This document shows positions 1 through 6,479 of a stretch of 14,022 nt of DNA, one piece after another. Numbering within the stretch: position 1 is the first letter of the stretch; the number at the start of each line of letters is the position of its first letter. This stretch comes from Abditibacteriaceae bacterium. Its GTDB lineage: Bacteria > Armatimonadota > Abditibacteriia > Abditibacteriales > Abditibacteriaceae. The position numbers were made by a program, and so were the translations under genes. The DNA lies in NCBI GenBank assembly GCA_031425655.1, contig JANPJS010000240.1, positions 1-14,022 on the forward strand. Direction: 5' to 3'. The notes beneath the pieces are model-generated. The model made no database searches. It was not told the origin of the DNA and worked only from the letters and a program-made list of their open reading frames with translations.

Positions 1-1
1 G

Positions 2-1324
2 GCGAACCTGACCTTCAATACCGCCTACTACGCCCAAAACGGGATGGGCCTGATCACCAGCAGCGGCGCAGAAAATGCCAATGCCGCGCCGACCAAGGCG
101 TTTGACCACGACGATAAAACCGCCTGGCGGGATAAGGCCGCGTCGAGTTGGATTCAGTGCCAATATGCCGATGCCCGCAAATATCGCGTCACTTCCTATG
201 CGGTCGTCTGCAACGATCAAAATCGTCTTCCGCGCACTCTGGAATTATCCGGCTCCAACGATGGCGGAATCAGTTGGACATCGCTTGACACCCAAATTGT
301 CCCTGGCTTTACCGAACAGACAGCGCGCCGCGAGTTCACCCTCGCCAGGCCGGCCAAATGGAACATTTACCGGCTCAACGCCACGGCAGCCAACGAAAAC
401 GAAGGCATCCAGATTTCGACGATAGAACTCAACGAGGCGATTAGCCATCGCCCTGATGTCGCAGTCGAAAGCATGACTTTAGACCAGAAGGCACTTACGC
501 TGCCCGCCAACAGCCGGGCGACGCTCAACGCGACGATTATGCCCCTGCAAACCTCTGAGCGAGAAGTCGCGTGGGTTAGCAGCGATCCAAGCGTCGCCGA
601 AGTGCGGCACATTGGTGAGCAAATCGCCATCGTAGTCGGCAAGAAACCCGGCAAATGCACCGTCACGGCAACTATTGGCACGGTGAAGCAGACCTGCGCG
701 GTGACCGTAACTCCTACGACGCTGCCACCCGGCTGGAGCTATGATGAACTCAACGCGCCGCCTATTCCCGGCGCGGTTTCGGTCGCGGGCGGTAAGTTCA
801 CCCTTACGGGCAGCGGCCATGCCATGACTTCGTGGTGGGAAAGGGTGCGGGATCAAGGCGTCTTTGCAAGCAGAGCTGTCATCGGCGATATTGAACTCTC
901 CGCCCGCCTGACGAGCCTGGCCCCGAACGTCGGCGGCCCCAAAAACCCACGGGAAAGCAAGCCGCCCACCGCTTCAGGTTTGATGATCCGCGAATCGCTG
1001 ACCGAGAAGTGTGGCCGCTATTTTCTGGTGCAGGTTGAAGCATCAGGCAATCTCGTCAGTCGCTGGCGCGACAAGACCGGTGATCAGGACGACAACCAGA
1101 AAAAAGAACTGGGCACGGTGACACTGCCGATTCACCTCAAACTCGTGCAAACCGGCAAGGAAATTCAGGTCTTCACTTCGGACGACGGCCAAAACTGGGG
1201 CCAGCCTCGGATGACCCACACCGCCACCTTCGATAACAAGAGCCGAATCGGTCTGTTCGTCTGCTCTGGCAATACTTTTTCGTCCACAACGGCCACCTTT
1301 GATTCCGTCGCGCTCGGCAAATGA
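2..1324 (+). CDS. 5'-truncated multidomain carbohydrate-binding/active protein (discoidin/F5-8-like beta-sandwich, bacterial Ig-like group 2 domain, C-terminal ConA-like/DUF1349-like domain)
   Basis: The frame is open from base 2 (ANLTFNTAYYAQNG-MGLIT...), so the true start is probably upstream of the window. WIQCQY...Y.V....P...LSGSNDG..W..LD resembles F5/8-type C domains. V.SMTLD...L.L......TLNATI.P.......V.WVSSDPSVAEV...GKKPG...VTAT is typical of Big_2. The C-terminal GLMIRESL...S.DG.NW...IGLFVCSG resembles ConA-like modules. Domain calls come from motif recognition only. Confidence 0.7.
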   Translation, partial: ANLTFNTAYYAQNGMGLITSSGAENANAAPTKAFDHDDKTAWRDKAASSWIQCQYADARKYRVTSYAVVCNDQNRLPRTLELSGSNDGGISWTSLDTQIVPGFTEQTARREFTLARPAKWNIYRLNATAANENEGIQISTIELNEAISHRPDVAVESMTLDQKALTLPANSRATLNATIMPLQTSEREVAWVSSDPSVAEVRHIGEQIAIVVGKKPGKCTVTATIGTVKQTCAVTVTPTTLPPGWSYDELNAPPIPGAVSVAGGKFTLTGSGHAMTSWWERVRDQGVFASRAVIGDIELSARLTSLAPNVGGPKNPRESKPPTASGLMIRESLTEKCGRYFLVQVEASGNLVSRWRDKTGDQDDNQKKELGTVTLPIHLKLVQTGKEIQVFTSDDGQNWGQPRMTHTATFDNKSRIGLFVCSGNTFSSTTATFDSVALGK

Positions 1325-1570
1325 ACCAAATTCCGCCAATGGCGGACGTGTTTTGTGCTTGGTGAGAACCGGCACCAGCGCTGCGATGGGCGTAGCATTG
1401 GAAGAGGATACGCAGTTCAACGGCGCTCTGAATGCGCCGAACTGGCCGAAAACGCGGGGCTTGAGCGCCTCCGATTTACGCCGGCGCAATGCCGGCACGG
1501 CCTGACTGGTGAAAGCCAATCCAAACACAGAAAGCAGCGCAGCCGGGCAACTCGGCTTTGATCATTCCAA

Positions 1571-1811
1571 CTCATGTTACGCAGTGAGACTATGGTAGCA
1601 GTGCAAAGAGCGACTTCGTTGCTCGCCCCTCACCCTAACCCTCTCCCCAAAAGGGGAGAGGGGACTGAGCGCCTTTTGTTTGCGAAAGGTTTTGACTTTT
1701 CCCAAGCGCGAGGCTTTGGTTCCCCTCTCCCCTTTTGGGGAGAGGGTTAGGGTGAGGGGCGAGCGACAGAGTCGCTCTTAGGCCTACCACAACCCAACCG
1801 CGTAACATGAG
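1571..1811. mobile_element. 241-bp non-coding MITE-like element with long imperfect terminal inverted repeats containing two inverted BoxC-like units
   Basis: The ends CTCATGTTACGC (1571-1582) and GCGTAACATGAG (1800-1811) are exact reverse complements. Internally, GCTCGCCCCTCACCCTAACCCTCTCCCCAAAAGGGGAGAGGGGA (1621-1664) is mirrored exactly at 1721-1764. No transposase or clear target-site duplication was seen. Confidence 0.65.
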
Positions 1812-2203
1812 ATCCCAATTACCGCGACGATTTCGACACCGGCGACGAGCCGTATCGCTATTACAACTGGTGAAAATCACGGCGCGTCCAGTGTTACGGC
1901 GCCGTCCGGCGCCACGTTAGAGGCGCGCTGCTTTGCGCCGCCAATGCGATTGCCCTGCCCGTTTCCCCAGGGCAATTGCATTGCTTCCCCGGCCTGCTCG
2001 CTGGCGATTGAAATCGCGGCTCAGGGCGCCTGTGGCGCCGATAGTCCGCCTACGCGGACTGAATTTCGAGCTAAATCTTGTGTCGGCGCAGGCCGACAAT
2101 CAGCCGTAGGCTCTGAGCCGCGAATTTATTCGCCGGGCACCACGAGCAATGCCTTTGCCCTGCCCGTATCTCTGGTTTTGGTTCTTCTGCGTGGCGCTTG
2201 CTG

Positions 2204-2283
2204 TATAATTCGAGAAATTTCTGATTTTTCCACAGTGAACGTCTAATGCACTCTGGCCTGTAGAAATTATAAGCACAGAGGTG
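2204..2283 (+). promoter_or_regulatory. Putative promoter/operator/RBS region of the WYL-cas3 unit
   Basis: AT-rich patch with TATAAT at 2204-2209 (no convincing -35), an imperfect palindrome CCACAGTG-N11-CACTCTGG at 2230-2256, and SD GAGGTG at 2278-2283, 5 nt before ATG 2289. Confidence 0.4.
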
Positions 2284-2288
2284 TTTTC

Positions 2289-3272
2289 ATGTCGCAGCGG
2301 CACCAATTACAGCGGATATTAGAGATTGATCGCAGCATCCGTTCCGGACAGTTTCCTAACGCCGATTCTCTTTCAGCGGAATTGGAAGTGGGGCGCCGCG
2401 TCATTTTCAACGACCGGCGCTTCATGGTGGATCAGCTCGGCGCGCCGATTGAGTTTGATAAGCAGCGGGGCGGCTGGCGGTATGCCAGCGAAACTTATGC
2501 GCTGCCCTCTACTTTGGTCACCGAAGGCGAGTTGATGGCGTTTTTTATCAGCGTTGAAGTCGCCCAGCGTTATCTGGGCACGGCCTTCGAGACGCCGTTG
2601 CATTCGGCGGTGGGGAAGATTGCTCGCAGCCTTCAGGGGCGCGCTTTAGTGAGCCTGCACACGCTGCATCAGCATTACACGTTTGCGCCGCCGCCGTCGG
2701 CTCCAACTAATGAGGCCGCGCTGCTGGCGTTGCACGAAGCCATCGAAAGCCGGCGCGCCGTAGCGATGTCCTACCACACGGCCAGCCGGCGTGAGAAAAG
2801 CGAACGCATCGTGCATCCCCATCATTTACTGCATCAAAGCGGCGAATGGTATCTCCTCGCTTATGATCGCAAGCGGGCCAAGATACTGACTTTCAATATC
2901 GCGCGCATCGAGTGGTGGCGCGTGCTGGACGAACGATTTACGCGCGAAGCCAACTTCGATCCTATCGAGCAACAGCGCGCGGCCTTCGGCGCCGAATCGC
3001 AGACTGGCGTGCTGCCCGTCGTGATTCTTTTCGCGCCCGAAGAAGCGGTTTACATCCGCGAGCGGCGCTGGCACGAAACGCAGCAAATCGAGGAATTGCC
3101 CGGCGGAGGCTTGATTTTGCGCTTCCAAACCAGCGGTTTAGGCGCCGTCAAACGCTGGGTGCTGGGCTACGGCCCACACGCCGAAGTTTTGGAACCTGTC
3201 ACATTGCGCGAAGAAATCGTGAAAGAGATTGAAGCGATGAAAACGGTTTACGAAGGAGAAAATGAACGATAA
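2289..3272 (+). CDS. WYL-domain transcriptional regulator (N-terminal wHTH, WYL, WCX; PafB/PafC/YafY-like)
   Basis: 327 aa. It has an N-terminal HTH (LSAELEVGRRVIFNDRRFM...LGAPIEFD...GWRY), a WYL core (R.VHPHHL....GEWYLLAYD..R..ILTFNIARI) and a WCX-like tail (WVLGYGPHAEVLEPVTLREEI). A good SD is present. Confidence 0.93.
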   Translation: MSQRHQLQRILEIDRSIRSGQFPNADSLSAELEVGRRVIFNDRRFMVDQLGAPIEFDKQRGGWRYASETYALPSTLVTEGELMAFFISVEVAQRYLGTAFETPLHSAVGKIARSLQGRALVSLHTLHQHYTFAPPPSAPTNEAALLALHEAIESRRAVAMSYHTASRREKSERIVHPHHLLHQSGEWYLLAYDRKRAKILTFNIARIEWWRVLDERFTREANFDPIEQQRAAFGAESQTGVLPVVILFAPEEAVYIRERRWHETQQIEELPGGGLILRFQTSGLGAVKRWVLGYGPHAEVLEPVTLREEIVKEIEAMKTVYEGENER

Positions 3273-6036
3273 ATTGCTTGTGTTGTGGGGCAAAACCTGC
3301 CGCGACCCGAAAGAACCCGAAGCGGATTTGATTTACCATCCGCTGTTGTTTCATTTGCTCGACGTTGGGCACTGCACGCTGGAATTGTGGGACACCTTTT
3401 TGAGTGATGGCTGGAAAAAGCGCATCGCCGAAACTTTGGCGTGCGACGAAACGACCGCGCGCTGGGCTATGGCGTTTTTGGCGGGCGCGCACGATTTGGG
3501 AAAAGCCACGCCCGGCTTTCAATTCCAAAAAACGCCTCTCGACTGGCTCCGCGAACGCTTGCACTCGGCAGGTTTTATGGCTCCTGCTAATCCCGAAAAC
3601 AAGCCGCACAATTTTGTTTCCAGCAAGGAACTGCATCATTTCTGGATGCAAAATCTGTGGCGATGGCAAGCGCAAAACCGGCGTGTCGCTCCGGTTTTGG
3701 CGCATATCACCGGCGCCCATCACGGCACGTTTCCTAACGCCGGCGATTACAGCAAATGGAACGATGATGTTTTAGGAAGCCCTATCTGGCGCGAAGCACG
3801 ATTGGCGCTTTTAGATGCTTTGGCCGCACATCTTTGTCCACCTGATTTCGCGTTTCCGCCGACGCTAAAGTGGGATGATGCCGGAGCAATTCCCGTTTTG
3901 GCGGGTCTGATTTCGGTCGCCGACTGGATTGGCTCATCAAGTCATTTCAGAATCGAAGGGCACCGCGACAAGCTGATAAGCGTGCCCGATTATCTTCTGA
4001 AGTCGCGCAAACGGGCGCGGACAGCGTTGGATGATTTCGGTTTTGCAGCCACGCCGCGCTTTGTCGCGCCGAAGCCTGATTTCGCAGAGTTTTGGGGCTT
4101 TGAGCCTAATCCTCTGCAAGATGCTGTCATCGCGCAAACGCAAAACGCCCAAGCACCGTTTTTGCTGCTTTGTGAAGCGCCGATGGGTTCGGGCAAAACC
4201 GAAAGCGCCTTTTGGGCGGCTGACGCGGCATTCACGGGCGCGCTCAATCAAGGGCTTTACATCGCGCTACCCACGCAAGCGACCTCCAACGCCATGCACG
4301 CGCGCACCCGCAAATTCTTGGAAAAGCGATTGCCGCGGGGCGCCATTCACTTGCAGTTAGTTCATGGAAATGCTGGGCTTTTGGAAACGCCCAATGTGGT
4401 CTTTGAGCCGCTTTCCACGCTTTACGAGCAACTGGAAAACGACCCCGAAAAAGCGCGTGTGATGGCGCTGAGTTGGTTTTCGGGCGCCAAGCGTCCGCTT
4501 CTGGCACCCTTTGGCGTCGGCACCATTGACCAAAGCCTGCTGGGCGCCTTGCAAAGCCGCCACTGGTTCGTGCGCCTTTTTGGTTTGGCCGGAAAAGTCG
4601 TGGTATTCGACGAAGTTCACGCCTACGACACCTACATGAGCCGCTTGCTCATCGTGCTGCTGCACTGGCTGCGCGAATTGGGATGCAGCGTGATTTTGCT
4701 GTCGGCGACACTGCCGTCGGGCAAGCGCCGCGAATTAGTCGAAGCGTGGGGCGCGGCTTTGCCTGATGCAGAAGCCAAATATCCGCGCTTGACCTGGTGC
4801 GACGACAAGCCCAATGCCGTTTCCATCGGCATCGAAGGCGCGGAAATGGCGCCCAAAAACGTTGCTGTTTCAGTTTTGAAGCCGGAAAATCTCGCCGCCG
4901 AATTGCGCCGCAAATTGAAAAACGGCGGTTGCGCGGCCATCATCTGCAACACCGTCAAAGAAGCTCAAGCCTTGTTTCAGATTTTGCAAAGCGAACTCGG
5001 CGATTTCATTAAACCTAAGGGCTTAATACTGTTTCACGCACGAATGCCGTTTAAGTGGCGCCGAAGAATCGAAAGCAAAGTCCGGCGGCTTTTTGGCAAA
5101 CGCAAGGCAATGCGACCGCATCGCGCTATTATTGTGTCAACGCAATTATTAGAGCAGTCGCTTGATCTCGATTTTGATTGGATGGCTTCGTTCATGGCGC
5201 CCAGCGACTTGTTGTTGCAGCGCGTGGGCCGTTTACATCGCCACCCCGAAACGCCGCATCGCTACGATTTAACGCAGCCACAGTTAGCGATTCTTTGCGA
5301 TGCCGAAGGCGACGCTCCGCCCAATTTCGGCGCATCCGAGTGGGTTTACGAGCGGGAAGTTTTGCTGCGTTCGTGGCTTTTGTGGCGCGGCAAAACCGTG
5401 TTGAAATTGCCCGGCGAAATCGAATCGCTGATTGAGAACACCTACGAAAACGCGCCCCATCTGCCCGACGAAATTTGGCGCAAAGCCATCGTAGACGCCC
5501 AAGCCCATGCCGAAAACGAACGGAGCAAGGCCGAAGGGAAGGCCAAAAACGTCGTGGTGAAGCTGCGAACCGAACGTGGCAATCGCCGCGCGCCCAGCGA
5601 ATTAGTGGAAGCGCCGTCGTTGGATTTGCGCGATGATGACGACCCGGCGATTCACGCCGCTCTGCGCGCCTCAACGCGCGATGGCGACGAATCCGTCACA
5701 GTGATTTGCCTTTGCCTTGTGGGAAAGTCGTTTTATCTGCCGTCGCCTGACGGCACGCCCAATCTACAGTCGCCGGTGAGCCTAAAGCAGGAGCTGGCTA
5801 AAAACGAAGCAAAAAAGCTGATGGATTTCGCGGTTTCGCTGTCGCAAAAAGGGCTTTATGGGGAACTGTTGCAAATCGAAGTGCCCGCCGCGTGGAAAAA
5901 ATCGCCGTTCTTGCGCCACGCCCGCCCGCTGTGCTTCCACAACGGCGCCGTTGCCATCGGCAACTTCGTTTTGCGCTTGGACGGCGCGTTAGGAATTGTC
6001 ATCGAAAAGGAGAAAAGCGAAACAGGAGCCGAATAA
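3262..6036 (+). CDS. cas3: CRISPR-associated helicase/nuclease Cas3 (HD + SF2 helicase), type I-E
   Basis: 924 aa. HD motifs HLLDV, HDLGKA, HHG and ADW; Walker A APMGSGKTE; Walker B DEVH; SAT; motif VI QRVGRLHRH. SD GGAG; overlaps the WYL gene by 11 nt. Confidence 0.97.
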   Translation: MNDKLLVLWGKTCRDPKEPEADLIYHPLLFHLLDVGHCTLELWDTFLSDGWKKRIAETLACDETTARWAMAFLAGAHDLGKATPGFQFQKTPLDWLRERLHSAGFMAPANPENKPHNFVSSKELHHFWMQNLWRWQAQNRRVAPVLAHITGAHHGTFPNAGDYSKWNDDVLGSPIWREARLALLDALAAHLCPPDFAFPPTLKWDDAGAIPVLAGLISVADWIGSSSHFRIEGHRDKLISVPDYLLKSRKRARTALDDFGFAATPRFVAPKPDFAEFWGFEPNPLQDAVIAQTQNAQAPFLLLCEAPMGSGKTESAFWAADAAFTGALNQGLYIALPTQATSNAMHARTRKFLEKRLPRGAIHLQLVHGNAGLLETPNVVFEPLSTLYEQLENDPEKARVMALSWFSGAKRPLLAPFGVGTIDQSLLGALQSRHWFVRLFGLAGKVVVFDEVHAYDTYMSRLLIVLLHWLRELGCSVILLSATLPSGKRRELVEAWGAALPDAEAKYPRLTWCDDKPNAVSIGIEGAEMAPKNVAVSVLKPENLAAELRRKLKNGGCAAIICNTVKEAQALFQILQSELGDFIKPKGLILFHARMPFKWRRRIESKVRRLFGKRKAMRPHRAIIVSTQLLEQSLDLDFDWMASFMAPSDLLLQRVGRLHRHPETPHRYDLTQPQLAILCDAEGDAPPNFGASEWVYEREVLLRSWLLWRGKTVLKLPGEIESLIENTYENAPHLPDEIWRKAIVDAQAHAENERSKAEGKAKNVVVKLRTERGNRRAPSELVEAPSLDLRDDDDPAIHAALRASTRDGDESVTVICLCLVGKSFYLPSPDGTPNLQSPVSLKQELAKNEAKKLMDFAVSLSQKGLYGELLQIEVPAAWKKSPFLRHARPLCFHNGAVAIGNFVLRLDGALGIVIEKEKSETGAE

Positions 6037-6050
6037 CTTCGGCTCCTGTT
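6021..6050. terminator. Perfect 13-bp hairpin, probable intrinsic terminator (U-rich tail on the minus strand)
   Basis: AACAGGAGCCGAA-TAAC-TTCGGCTCCTGTT, with the cas3 stop codon in the loop. On the minus strand it is followed by TCGCTTTTCTCCTTTT. Confidence 0.65.
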
Positions 6051-6135
6051 CATCCCTGCGCTTGCTGGGAACTAAATAGCGAACGCGAAACTACTCAGCG
6101 TAATTGCGGTTCATACCCGCGCTTGCGGGTAACAA
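6046..6135 (-). CRISPR. Single-spacer mini-CRISPR with degenerate repeats (CreA/CreR-like regulatory guide)
   Basis: On the minus strand: TTGTTACCCGCAAGCGCGGGTATGAACCG (6135-6107, 24/29 identical to the array repeat), a 32-nt spacer CAATTACGCTGAGTAGTTTCGCGTTCGCTATT (6106-6075), then TAGTTCCCAGCAAGCGCAGGGATGAACAG (6074-6046, 22/29). The 61-nt period is the same as in the main array. Confidence 0.9.
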
Positions 6136-6168
6136 AAAGAGGTTACCTTTTTTGATTTCACAATGCAG

Positions 6169-6197
6169 TTGACAGAAACCGTCAGCTTTTGTAAATT
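6169..6197 (+). promoter_or_regulatory. Sigma70-type promoter upstream of the Cascade operon
   Basis: TTGACA (6169-6174), 17 nt, TAAATT (6192-6197). A second, weaker candidate is TTGCTT (6240-6245), 16 nt, TAATAT (6262-6267). Confidence 0.65.
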
Positions 6198-6210
6198 TTG
6201 AGTCGGAGGT

Positions 6211-6245
6211 GAGACATTACGCGATACAACGCAACGTAATTGCTT
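6211..6245 (-). promoter_or_regulatory. Self-target (protospacer plus AAG PAM) of the 6046-6135 mini-CRISPR
   Basis: The minus strand reads AAG-CAATTACGTTGCGTTGTATCGCGTAATGTCTC. It matches the mini-array spacer at 20 of the 24 PAM-proximal positions, including positions 1-8. Confidence 0.85.
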
Positions 6246-6479
6246 GCAAAAATGCAAAAAATAATATTTGAAGGCGCGTTCTGATAGGATTGTTGGCTCT
6301 GGCGCGCCAACGCCAGAGCCAACTGTGCAATCCCGTCGGACTTCGATAAATGCTGTTTGCTCCAACGTTTATCGAAACGGGTCGCGCGCCGCCCATCCAT
6401 GCTTCGGCAACTGCCGAATTTGACCTTGGCGGGGACGACACAGAGTAGTTTACCGTGTCGTCCCCGCTCCGGGAGGACG

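Noticed and set aside
1332..1354. TCCGCC-AAT-GGCGGA hairpin after the first gene as a terminator
   Set aside because: The stem is only 6 bp with a 3-nt loop and an offset, weak U-tract, which is too weak to call.
1818..1833. Array spacer 5 (ATAACCGCGACGATTT...) matches ATTACCGCGACGATTT at 15/16 nt
   Set aside because: The flank is CCA rather than AAG, there is a seed mismatch at position 3, and there is no meaningful match beyond 16 nt. A match this short is plausible by chance.
1325..2288. Short ORFs in the intergenic region (e.g. 1299-1505, 1635-1880, 1944-2246)
   Set aside because: They have no recognisable motifs or good RBS. ORF 1635-1880 is a translation of the repeat element. A decayed gene cannot be excluded.
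6357..6479. N-terminal extension of Cas8e in the ORF track (and similar extensions for Cas7 at 8609, Cas6e at 10394 and Cas1 at 11441)
   Set aside because: Family-typical N-termini and SD motifs place the starts at 6480, 8666, 10601 and 11522. The cas1 extension runs through the mini-array.
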